Origin: Psammoneis japonica
Taxonomy: Eukaryota
DNA: 61,940 nucleotides
Assembly (NCBI GenBank): GCA_008632985.1
Contig: QPGO01000149.1
Coordinates: forward strand, 124,001 to 185,940
Direction: 5' to 3'
Shown: in pieces, positions 31,183 through 42,194 of the stretch
Numbering within the stretch: the first letter of the stretch is position 1
Layout: each line of letters starts with the position of its first letter
The notes under the pieces: model-generated
What the model was told of the DNA's origin: nothing
Seen by the model: the letters and a program-made list of their open reading frames with translations, nothing else
Database searches by the model: none
Position numbers and translations under genes: made by a program

Positions 31183-33771
31183 ATGATGGCGGAGCGCACC
31201 CCAACCGCGAGCACGAATCAGCAGCAAAAGATGTCAAGCGCACCGACAGTTTCTGCCGACAGTGAATCCTCAAGAGCATCGATATCAAAAGGTGCTCAAG
31301 CCAAACGAGATCAGCATAAGCGTCGCGGTGATTCCGAATTTCGGTCCAGCAATTACGAACAGGCCTCCAAGGAGTACACGTTGGCCTTGTCTGTCGATCC
31401 AAACAACCCTCTCATTTTGTCGAACCGTAGTGCGGCCTTTATGCAAATGGGTCAGCCTCAAAAGGCACTCGAGGATGCCAGAATCTGTATTTTGCTTGAC
31501 AACAAATCTGCACGTGGGTATGCTAGGCTAGCAGCTGCGCACCATGCCTTGAAACAATGGGAGCCAGCAATAGAGGCTTATGAGAAGACCTTGCAGAAAA
31601 GCCCAGACAATACAGTAGCTCAGCGAGACTTGAAAAAATGTCGCGAGCAACTGGCTAAACAGAAAAGCGGAGGGTTCGCCGCCACAGCTACAGCAAATAA
31701 CAGTAATGTCAATGAGCAGAAAGTCGAGTCAGAACCGAAAACAAAGGAGAAAGTCAAACCAGAACCAGAAAAGGCAGATGCGTCGAAGCAACACACGGCT
31801 TCTCAAATTACTCCGATACCTGAGGCAGAAGCAGTCGCGGCGACTGATTCGACTTTGTTATCTACTAATAATGATCACAAACAGGCACCAAAAAACGTAT
31901 CACCTACCCGAGACGATGATGATTCCCTCAAACCCAAGCCCACAGTCAAGACACAAGCGGCGACTTCACCTGCCGCCGTGGTAACTCCCGAATCGACGCC
32001 ATCAACACCAAGTTCTACAAAGGTCGAGAGACAGAGTGTAAACAGCTCTTTGTCGGAGCCCAAGCCCGCTTCACCAGGGCTCCAAGTCAAACATCTCGAC
32101 TCAACACCTTCAACACCCAGCACTGAAAAGGACGGGAGAGGTGTAAACAGCTCGTTTTCAACATCCACTCCCGTTTCTCCAGGGATTAGCGCCAATACTC
32201 CTGCAACGCCGATAACCCCTGTTTTGGCCTCTCGTAGGAATACGGGTTTATCAGAACTCTCGAAACAATTGCGATTGTTGCAGGCCACAAACGAGGCACA
32301 GAATAATGAGATTGATCGACTGGAACGACAACTACGCATTCTGGCAGAGCTCAAGGGTATATCCGTCGATGACTTGAGAAGGGCGTTGCATATTGCCTGT
32401 GAGGATGAGGCCCACGCCGAGCTGCGAAACCAAGTTGCTATTCTACGGTCACGACTTGAAGCTTCCACTCTTGCTAGTTCCAAAAAGAGCAAAGATTCAT
32501 TTGAAAAGGAAGCTACAGACAAGGCCATGGCGAATATGCAGTTGCGTGTTGGAGAACTCGAAGAAGTAGCAGAGACGTTGCGAGGAGAGATTCACGAATT
32601 GTACCAAGACTTGTGTGAGGAGAAGTCTAAATCGACAAAGCTTCAACATACGTGTGATCAACAAAAGAAGAAGCTGGACGAATTGACACGAGAAGCCTTG
32701 GTAGTCAAGGAGAACAATGAAGCGCAATCTCAATGGAGTCTTTCACAGCAGCAGCTAGTTGTAAGAGGACAAACCGACAGCGTTGACAAGGAAGCACACG
32801 AAGCGGAGGTCCGACAAGCGCGGCTCGAAACGCAGCTGGAACGGGACAGAGCCAATCTTTTGGAGCAACAGACTCACGCGAGAGAAAACGAGGTGAAGTT
32901 GCTCAACGACCAATACAAGAGTCGCTTTCAAGTACAGGACCAACGAATTATGGATTTGGAGCAGCAGCTTTCTTCGCTTTACGCAGCTTTTGAAATGGTT
33001 GAAGAGGAACATGAGGGAGTGCACGAGCGACACAGAACGCTTACTAGCAATCTTCAGGAGGCCGATGAGCAGGTGGTCCGTCAGTTGACCAAAATGGAGA
33101 GTAGTCCGGGCCTTTCCGCGACGAATGATGACCCAGTAGTTTATGCAACACCTGTTCCCACCCATGCTGTTGCAACTCCGGAGCAAACAAGGTCAGTAGT
33201 GACAGAGACATATTCACCATCGACACATTCGCTAAGCAGTAGTCACGCCACACCATTCCCATCACCACCACTGCACCACCATCGGAGCTTTCGCAACAAG
33301 AAATCGCCCGTGAAGCAGAACTCGATCGTTGCGCTTGACTCGCAGCATGTAATTTCTGGCTGGTTGCTAAAACGTGACAAGAATATTCTAAAAGGTGCAT
33401 GGAAGAAGAGGTATTTCATTCTTCACGGAAGCAATGGTAACTACCAAATGTCTTACAGTGAAAAGCCAAAGGAAAAGGTGAAGGGAACTGTTGGCTACAT
33501 CACGACCGGCCTGTCTACGGTGTCTCCAAGCATTGGATTTCCAAAGCGACCGTTTGTCTTTGTGCTTCGTTCGAACCCACAAGATTTGCATGCCCCCGTC
33601 TTTCATGCTGCGGCTGAAGATTGTGAGGAGTATGATCGGTGGATATCTGCCCTCACTCTTGTCACCACCGGCAAGGACAGTACATATTCTGTGGGAGCAA
33701 GATCCGCGCAGGAGCAGGAAGCGGCCGATCACGAAGTGGCTCTTCGAATGCAAATGGAGTACATGGATTAA
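31183..33771 (+). CDS. TPR + coiled-coil + PH domain protein, paralogue 3
   Basis: 862 aa with TPRs, LSELSKQLRLLQ..LKGISVDDLRRAL..ACEDEAHAEL, and PH VISGWLLKRD..AWKKRYFIL..YDRWISAL. Confidence 0.9.
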   Translation: MMAERTPTASTNQQQKMSSAPTVSADSESSRASISKGAQAKRDQHKRRGDSEFRSSNYEQASKEYTLALSVDPNNPLILSNRSAAFMQMGQPQKALEDARICILLDNKSARGYARLAAAHHALKQWEPAIEAYEKTLQKSPDNTVAQRDLKKCREQLAKQKSGGFAATATANNSNVNEQKVESEPKTKEKVKPEPEKADASKQHTASQITPIPEAEAVAATDSTLLSTNNDHKQAPKNVSPTRDDDDSLKPKPTVKTQAATSPAAVVTPESTPSTPSSTKVERQSVNSSLSEPKPASPGLQVKHLDSTPSTPSTEKDGRGVNSSFSTSTPVSPGISANTPATPITPVLASRRNTGLSELSKQLRLLQATNEAQNNEIDRLERQLRILAELKGISVDDLRRALHIACEDEAHAELRNQVAILRSRLEASTLASSKKSKDSFEKEATDKAMANMQLRVGELEEVAETLRGEIHELYQDLCEEKSKSTKLQHTCDQQKKKLDELTREALVVKENNEAQSQWSLSQQQLVVRGQTDSVDKEAHEAEVRQARLETQLERDRANLLEQQTHARENEVKLLNDQYKSRFQVQDQRIMDLEQQLSSLYAAFEMVEEEHEGVHERHRTLTSNLQEADEQVVRQLTKMESSPGLSATNDDPVVYATPVPTHAVATPEQTRSVVTETYSPSTHSLSSSHATPFPSPPLHHHRSFRNKKSPVKQNSIVALDSQHVISGWLLKRDKNILKGAWKKRYFILHGSNGNYQMSYSEKPKEKVKGTVGYITTGLSTVSPSIGFPKRPFVFVLRSNPQDLHAPVFHAAAEDCEEYDRWISALTLVTTGKDSTYSVGARSAQEQEAADHEVALRMQMEYMD

Positions 33772-34826
33772 AAGGAAATGTTTGCGTGCGCTTTTTAGAG
33801 ATTGCTAAATTAGTGGGCTACCGGCATTGCAAGGCTTTACTTCGATTCTTTTTCGTTCAGCTATGCTCGTTTGCTATCCTGTGCCCTGAAGCTTCACGCA
33901 CTCATATTCGAAAGGAATGCGATGCTTGCCCTTGGGTTGACAAAATTGTGGAAACTCGGGATTGGTCACTCCCGATTGTTTCTTGCGCAGACAAACCAAA
34001 GAAATAACGGGTGGAGCGATTTCTTCTATCGAAGTAGGTATTCATGACTGTTTTGCTTTCTTTAGCATCGTGCAAATTGGAAGTCTCGCTTGTGTATGAG
34101 AAAATCAATTTCAAATTGATCGGACAACGTGCCACGGGTAGCGTGCACGAGTTCTCGCAAAAATGATGCGCACTAGCTAGACCTATGTTGCTACTGTGGG
34201 TTTTCAGCATCTTGATACTGGGATAGCTGGGGGTGTAGTGGCGACTAATTGAATTACGATTGCACAATTCCAACTGTGTGAATCAGCCGCCTCGAACGCC
34301 GAAACAAAACCCATCCCTTCCTTGTTGTAGCGAAAAAGGATTAAGGCTGGATCGATGTTTAGCACTATTTTTTTAAATAGCTCGTGATTTTCGAATTTCC
34401 CCGTACTTCGCCCGTGTTATTTTGCGAAGCCTCTGAGCACCCCTGAACACATATTATGAGTGTGTCCAGCCCCCATCAGGGCTGTTAGACCTTTATGTGA
34501 ACTACACATATTCACCTTCCAACGCCAATTATCGTACTTGCCTCGGTTGTTATATGCGATAAATCGCCATTTTCCGCCAAAATCGGACTGTTACGGTAGA
34601 TAAGCCACAACTTTCCAGGAAATGCCGATAATTGGCGTTTGACCGGCTATAGACATATCTACAGTCGTTAAGCTACACATCGCCCATGGTCGCAATCGTC
34701 ATATGTGCATTCTATGTTGTCTTACAAACAGACAAAGTTCGACCTATCGCTGATTTTTTTTTTGGCGAACGCGCGCATTATTAGTACGACAAATCCGGGT
34801 TATTTTTAAATGTTTACGAGCTCTAA

Positions 34827-35259
34827 TGCAGCATGCCTCGCTACTGGACAACACGGCGAGACCGTGCATAAGCCTCTTGTACGTGGCAACGTAGTGTTGT
34901 TAACACGTACCTGGGAAGCACGACCACAGGAGGGCGTGGCTCTAGGTCTCAGGCAATTCCAGAAGGATGCCAAGAGAGCACCCGTGTGAAGCACACCAGC
35001 CCGTCGTCTGGCCCACGATGGTGGCGTGATTCCACACGATGACATCACTCGTGCATGGCATGTGATGGCTTGATTCGCACGATCCACAACGCGAACGCAC
35101 GATCGATTTGATGCGATCCAAATGTGAACGAACAGGGATTTGGCAAGATTCCCTGTTCGCACGATCCCATTTTCTCCACTCTAAACTGGCTCACAATTTT
35201 CACAACGACAAAGTCGCAACACATCTTCTTTTTTCAGCGCCTGGTGCATGCACAGGGCA
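34827..35259 (+). repeat. Gypsy 5' LTR
   Basis: Direct repeat of 39226-39658, same length. Confidence 0.92.
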
Positions 35260-35320
35260 CAGCAACATTGCTCCCGCATGTTGTGCGAGGTGTCGAAATC
35301 TACAGAAACGAAACTACGAA

Positions 35321-38300
35321 ATGTTGGCAGGACCGACAAATCTTAAAACGACCATGAAGAAGCGGATTGAGCCGCCGATTCTGTTCGCACGGACGGAGAA
35401 GAAAGAGCTGCAGCAGGGCGAGTGCCAGACGTTCAAGTTGCATGACAACCCCACTGATCCGGACAGTCCAACGCACGAGATGGGCATCCCGTGCCTTTCT
35501 GCGGCTACATGCGAGACACTCCCAATCTTTCTGCGCAACGTGGATCGCGTGCACGAAGGACAAAACATCACGACCGGGCCAGCGAAATTTGCCCTTGTGC
35601 GTGACCTGCTGCAGGGCGATGCTCTGACATCATTTGACAATGCCGCTGACAAGCAGGCATCCCAAACCAACGCTGCGCACGCAGCATGCATCGCGAAGCT
35701 AAAGGAAAGTGTCTTCCCACACAGGGCGGTGCCATTGCAGAAGCGTCATCTGCGGCACTTCATGCGCAAGCCCGCAGAGGTTTCCACTCGTGACTGCGTT
35801 GTGAGGGCTGTTGAAATTAATGGCCATGTCTCTCAGTTTCCACCCGTGACGGAGGATGGAGAAACACCGGCACCATTGCCCAATGACGAACCATGCGACA
35901 TGTTCGAGTGCAGCGTGCCGAACGCATGGCAGAAGTTCATGACGCTACAGAATTTTGACCCGTTGGCGCATGCTGTCGCCGAATTTATGCAGTTCTGCGA
36001 GCGCACCGAGCAGGTCGAGCTTGCCGAAGGTAACCGCAACCAACACATTGAGGTTCCACGCAAGCGGGGACGTAGAACGGACAATCCTGAGTCGTTGATC
36101 ACGACCCAACGGAACACCCAGAAGTCGTGTGTGCTGCACGGGATTAACTGTGGACATCACACGGAGGATTGCCGTCAGCTCAAGCACCACGTGAAACGTG
36201 TCAAGACTGGACATTCCAACAACGGAGGCGGCAAGCCCAATGTAAAACCTCGGAATGAGGAAGATGTCAATGCTCTCATCGGATCGAAGGTCGAGGAGTT
36301 CTTTGCCAATGCTCAGAAAAAGCGCAAGGCACGCGAGGAGGAAATTGATCACTTCCGCGACCTCAATTTAAGTGATTCCGAAGACTCGGACACTTGCCGA
36401 CACGATGCAGGCAATTTTAACACATTGGATGAATGCACAAATGAACAACTGAACTGCCATCGTGCACGTGTTGCAGGCCAATCCCGCAAACAAGTTAAAA
36501 AGACTCATCTTGCTCCAATCTTGTTTGTGGCTGTGAATGCCAAACATGGCAAGGGCAAGACTCAAACCATTGAGGCACTGCCAGACAGTGGCGCCAGCAG
36601 CACTCTACTCGACAGTCAATGCTGCAAACGTCTGCGAAGCCATTCAACGGCTGAGACAAACTGGGCTGCGGCAGCAGGCTCGTTCAGCACGTCCAACGAC
36701 TGTGCCACGCTCGTCCGTGTGAAGCACCTCGTGCGTACGAAGCTACGCTGCATAAAGAAGTAGAATGCCTGGCACGCATCGGTGTTCTCAAACGCATTGA
36801 CCGATCCCAATGGGCAGCTCCATCATTTGTCATGCCGAAGAAAGATTTGATGGCACGCTTTGTTGATGATTTCAGAGAGCTGAACAAACGGATCAAGCGA
36901 TTGCCTCATCCGATTCCTCACATCCAAGATGTGCTGCTTGAGCTTGAAGGCTTTGTGTGGGCTGCGTCGCTGGATTTAAACATGGGCCATTGTCACATCC
37001 GATTGGATGCTGACAGCAAGAAGCTCTGCATGCTCATCTTCCCGTGGGGCAAGCATGAGATGCAGGCATTGCCCATGGGATCATGCAATTCGCCAGACAT
37101 TTTCCAAGAACGCATGTCAGGCTTGTTTGAAGATCTGTCGTTCGTTCGAACGCACTTAGATGACCTTCTCGTCGTGACGAAAGGCACCTGTGAAGATCAC
37201 CTCAACAAACTTGAAGAAGCTTCATTGAGGGTCCAGAAAGCAGGACTAAAAGTTAACGCAACTGAATCTCATTTCTGTCAAACCCAATTAGAGTGCTTGG
37301 GTTGTCTGGCCAACAGAGACGGAATGCGACCAATGCCCAACAAAGTCGACGCCATTAAGCGAATCGCGACCCCAACCAATGAACGCGACCTGCGTTCATT
37401 TGTTGGCATGGTGAACCACTGCCGCGACACGTGGATTGGACGTTCTGAAGTCTTGGCTCCGCTAACATGACTCGCAAGCGAGACTGTTGAGTGGGAGTGG
37501 ACGTCCGTTGAAAACGAGGCGTTCGAAACCGTCAAACGGGTGACATTGGATGATGTTTTATCATCACATCCTGATTTTAACAAACCCTTTGAGGTGCATG
37601 CCGATGCCTCTAAATGTCAATTGGGAGCAGTTGCATCCCAAGATGACAAACCCATCGCCTTTCACAGCAGAAAGCTCAACAGTGTGCAATCAAATTGCAC
37701 AACAACGGAGAGAGAATCACTCGCCATTGTGGAGACGTTGAAAGAATTTCGAACGATTCTCCTTGGTCATCGTGCAATTACATGTGCTGATCATAAAAAT
37801 CTTACGTGCAAAGCATTCAATGCCGAGCGCGTCATGCGCTGGCGGCCAACATGCGAAGAACACGGTCCCGAATTACGCCATGTTAAGGGCACCCATGACC
37901 CAGTCGCTGACGCTCTTAGTCGCCTTCGACTGGCACCCAGCTTGCCTTCCGAGGCTAATCCGGATGCAAAAGACACTCCATCGAGTCGTCCTTTGCATGA
38001 AGCCTTTAATGCAGACGCTCAAGATGAGCCATCTCTGCCTGTCAGCTTCAAGCGCATTCAAAAAGCACAACAAAAGGACAAGCGCCCACTCTCACGAGCC
38101 AAGGACTCGTCCGACTGCTCCATTCGCGCGCATCGTGGGGGAGGGTCATCACGACAGTTAATCTGTCATGAGGACAAAATCGCAGTGCCACAGTCATTGC
38201 AGGTTCCACTGACTGAATGGTGCCACGAGACACTGTGTCATCCAGGTGAGACACGCACGGAAACATCTGTTGCCCAGCACTTCCATTGGCCCAGCATGAG

Positions 38301-39270
38301 GTCTACGGTGCATTCTACGTGCGTTGGGTGCGATCGATGCCAGAAGACAAAACGCCGAACGCAGCGTTGTGGGAAGCTGCCAGAAAAGGTCGCAGAGACA
38401 ATTCCATGGGAGACTCTGTGCATGGATGTGATGGGGCCACACAAAATTCAAAGACGCGGAAAGGACACCTTGCAATTGTGGGCAGTCACAATGATTGACC
38501 CAGCAACCGGGTGGTTCGAGATTAAAGAAGTGTCTGCGAAACGCGCAGACGTCGCAGCAAACGTCGTGGAACAAACGTGGCTGTGCAGATGTCCGTGGCC
38601 AACCCAGGCAGTTCATGACCGTGGGACAGAATTTGTGGCAGAATTTAGCCAGATGATTAAAAATGACTGTGGGATTTTGAAGAAACCCATGAGTGAACGG
38701 AATCCACAGGCAAATGCCACAGTGGAACGTGCACACCAGACACTTGGCAACATGGTGCGTTCCTTTTCAGCACAGGACATGGAACTGGATGAAGATGACC
38801 CATGGAGTGGCATCCTCTCCGCAGTGGCCTTCGCTGTTAGAGCTGCGGTGCATGCGACCACGCGTGCAAGTCCCATGCAATTGGTCTTCGGACGCGATGC
38901 GGTTTTGTCCATTGCCCATCGTGCCAAGTGGAAGCACACAGAAACCAGAAAGCAGAAGCTTGTCCACTTAAACAACAAGCGTGAAAATCAGAAACGCAAG
39001 GAGTGTCAACATGCCGCAGGGCAATTGGCACTTGTCAAACAGGAACAATCCTCTAAATGCGGTTCTGACAGCCACGCAGGACCCGCCAGAGTTGTCCGTG
39101 TGTGTGACAACGGCATGTTGCGCATCCAGAACGGAGCACTGACAGACACGTGTGATCTGCGGCAGATTGTGCCCTGTCACCAGCAAGACATTCTGTCACT
39201 TAACGGCCCTGATCATGGGGGAGTGTGCAGCATGCCTCGCCACTGGACAACACGGCGAGACCGTGCATGA
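35321..39270 (+). pseudogene. Gypsy gag-pol: gag, protease, RT, RNase H, integrase; apparent deletion/frameshift near 36710-36760, TGA at 37468
   Basis: CVLHGINCGHHTEDC; ALPDSGAS; WAAPSF..DFRELNK; LDLNMG; HLDD; ADAS; DHKNL; H..LCHPG..CDRCQ; DVMGP; HDRGTEF; PQANATVER. Confidence 0.93.
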
Positions 39271-39658
39271 GCCTCTTGTGCATGGCAACGTGGTGTTGTC
39301 AACACGCACCTGGGAAGCACGACCACAGGAGGGCGTGGCTCCAGGTCTCAGGCAATTCCAGAAGGATGCCAAGAGAGCATCCGTGTGAAGCACACTGGCC
39401 CGTCATCTGGCCCACGATGGCAGCGTGATTCCACACGATGACATCACTCGTGCATGGCGCATGATGGCTTGATTCGCACGATCCACAATGCGAACGCACG
39501 ATCGATTTGATGCGATCCAAATGTGAACGAACAGGGATTTGGCAAGATTCCCTGTTCGCACGATCCCATTTTCTCTGCTCTAAACCAGCTCACAATTTTC
39601 ACAACGACAAAGTCACAACACATCTTCTTTTTTCAGCGCCCAGTGCACACACAGGGCA
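39226..39658 (+). repeat. Gypsy 3' LTR
   Basis: Direct repeat of 34827-35259. Confidence 0.92.
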
Positions 39659-39697
39659 CTGAATAAAATCGACCGCTGAACAACGATCCATCCTCAA

Positions 39698-41585
39698 GCA
39701 CTGCCATCCTTCTTTTACAAGTTTCCTGCCTTGGGCGATGACAGTCAAGTGCGGATTGCTCAGATGGCAATGCACCATCTCTGCAGCACAGGCCCGTGGG
39801 GGCACGAAGAATCTCGGTAGATGAAAGGTCTCCCCATCTTCGTCTTCACTCTGCACCAGTCAGGATGTGAGCCAGCAACCTTGAGCTTTGATCCCCACAC
39901 TGCAAAAGGAAACCGTCTCTCGACAAGTGGAGTTTCTCTCATTTTTGAAGCCCCAGTGTGGATTGGTCTGTTCGCCTGCAACCTGCCCACATCTGCAAGG
40001 GCCAACAATTTTCTGGTTGGAAATCGCGGCATTCGTCAATTGCAGTGCTTGCGTGTTCGCCACTCTGTGCTGCTTGTTGGACCTTTTCAAAAATCTCTCC
40101 ATTTGCACACTGCCAAAATGCCTTTGTGCCATGAAAGGTTGGGCCATGGCAGCTTGTTGGTTGGTCCTCTCCTTGTTTGGTCGGTTGTCACGATGATGGA
40201 CAAACCAGCAGTGGTCAGCAGTGCCAGATTTGGTCTGCAATCTTGAATCAGTGAAGCACGTTGGGGAAGGAAGGACAGTTGCTTCATCTGAGACCTCGTT
40301 GATTGTGTTGGCTCCGGCACGCCAACACCCTCCCCTGATCAAAGCATCGGTTTGATCACAAAAAAAGAAGAGCCGCACAAATGGAGCAAATGATGCTGTC
40401 ATCAGAAAAACACATCCACAAATGCCGTGCCACAGTCCACCGGACAATCCGCTGCAAGGCAATGCAGCACAAGAAACCCTCCCCCAGTTGGAAGAAGAAG
40501 AGCAAGGGTCGTCATTGGACAGCTTCGACAAATCCAATGTTGGGTCATCAAACCAGGGAGCAGAACAACAAACAGCAAGGAAAGACGGCTTGGGTCATCA
40601 TCAGAAAGGGTCAAGACATCCAAGGAGAGGTTGGTCATCCACGTGACGGGGTGCGGGGCATCCTCGTTTGGGTCGTCGTCGGGCAGCTTGGATGGATCCA
40701 AAGTCACGGCAGAACCAAACCTGAGAGAAAAGCCAGCTGGGGCAATGGAAGAACCTTCAAAGCCAAGTCCATCAATCCAACCAAAGGAATGCAGTGGCAA
40801 CACAGCATTTGCAATGGGATGTAGCTGCAAAGACTGCAATCCAGGGGAAAATGGGTCGTCGTCGGGGAGTTTGGAAGGATCCAACGTGGCGTCTGTTCCA
40901 AAACAAAGAGACACGTCAGCATCATTCCCAGAAGCAGGAGCATCGCAAACACAACCGTCAACCCAATCAAAAGGATGCAAAGGGAAAGCAAAGGCCCTGG
41001 TTGATCTCTCAGTGGCAGAGAACCAGATCGACAAGATGCGGCAGGGCTGCACGGGCAACCCGCATCAGGGCATCGCTCAGGGGGCTGCACAGGCAAAATG
41101 GACTCATGCGCCACCTTGGAAGCTGCTTTGTCAATGTCCATGTCGATGACAAAGGGATCAGAAGTGGGAGAGGCAAGCTGTTCAAGCAGAAAATGCCGCC
41201 ACCAGTCAACATGCGAGCGGAGGCAAGGAAGTGACTCAAAAGAGCAGGGGGGCAAGAGCTCCTCTAGAACCGTCCTGGGATCCTGACTTGAAAACTTTGC
41301 AAACAGGAAAGTGTGCAGATAGAACGCATTCCAAGCATTGTCACAATCAGGCAGCTCAAAATTCTCTGGTTTCGTCAGCTCCAGAGCCAGTTGGAAAGAA
41401 TCTACCGGCGCCATGGGGTGACAGAAAAGAGCTCCCGACTGCTTGTCTGCAGAGAGCATTGACCGGCAAGAATCACATCCACAGCTGCTGGCACATTTCA
41501 CAAGAAGGAGAGAGGAAGGCTGAGAGGCAGGATCATCATCAGCTATCCCGGAGAGGTCATCACTGGTGCCGTAAGAGAGCGTCAT
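39698..41585 (-). pseudogene. Disrupted gene-like sequence with five D-x-x-x-(L/I)-x-(D/N)DDP motifs; 3' part probably continues at 34344 toward ~33900
   Basis: Minus-strand frames give DLSGIADDDP, DPSKLPDDDP x2, DVLTLSDDDP and DLSKLSNDDP across frameshifts. The frame reads through the empty TTAA site (KEGWQC-LILFRYNKEG). Confidence 0.5.
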
Positions 41586-42002
41586 GGTTCGCCGGGATAA
41601 AACAGTATCAACACGTAGAACTTGTACTAGAGGTCACGTAGAAGATGTCCGATTCGGAGGATGAAGGCTGGCAAGTCTTCGTAAGGCTTACGAGCATCAA
41701 CAACCACCGGCAACGGAGTAAAAAATAGCCAATATCAACAGAATGGATGCTTGTCAATGAATCACTGCAAAAAAAGCAGCAAAGCCTTGATGGATCGAAG
41801 GGTGCAGTGCCGTAAGTCGATTCGTCGCCGTGGTTGGATCCTGCGTAGAAACAATGCTGGTTCCCACGTAGAAAAAAACAAAGTCGTTGAAAAATAGTCG
41901 AAGTGGTTGGTGGCCAACGGGCTCTTCCATAAGACGAGTTGAGGTGCTCGAATGTAACGCATTGACGCTATGTGTCCCAAATAACGCAGAGGAGGCATTA
42001 AA

Positions 42003-42043
42003 GGTATCATTCAAGGGTTGATGAACAAAGACCCCGGACTTCT
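42003..42043 (+). repeat. 41-bp exact copy of 57378-57418
   Basis: GGTATCATTCAAGGGTTGATGAACAAAGACCCCGGACTTCT occurs at both positions. Confidence 0.92.
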
Positions 42044-42194
42044 GCAGTGCAGAGTTGCAGCGATGGAATGGAGAAGGAAGTAACTCAGGTTACAGCTTCC
42101 ACGTTGGAAACGGTACGGGTTCTTCACACAATGCGAACATAACACCCTAGCATGCTCAACCAAAGATAGATCGTCGATGAATCGTTCAAAATCA

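Larger units (their letters stand above)
34827..39658 (+). mobile_element. Ty3/Gypsy LTR retrotransposon with both LTRs, inactivated
   Basis: 433-bp TG..CA LTRs. PPT GGGGGAG before the 3' LTR. Probable 4-bp TSD CTAA/CTGA. Domain order gag-PR-RT-RH-IN. Confidence 0.95.
34345..39693. mobile_element. Non-autonomous TIR element (MITE, ~510 bp net) with TTAA target site, split by the Gypsy insertion
   Basis: Left TIR GGCTGGATCGATGTTTAGC (34345-34363) matches the reverse complement of 39675-39693 (GGATGGATCGTTGTTCAGC) at 16/19. Flanks are TTAA (34341-34344) and TCAA (39694-39697). GG termini with TTAA are compatible with Kolobok-type elements. Confidence 0.65.
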
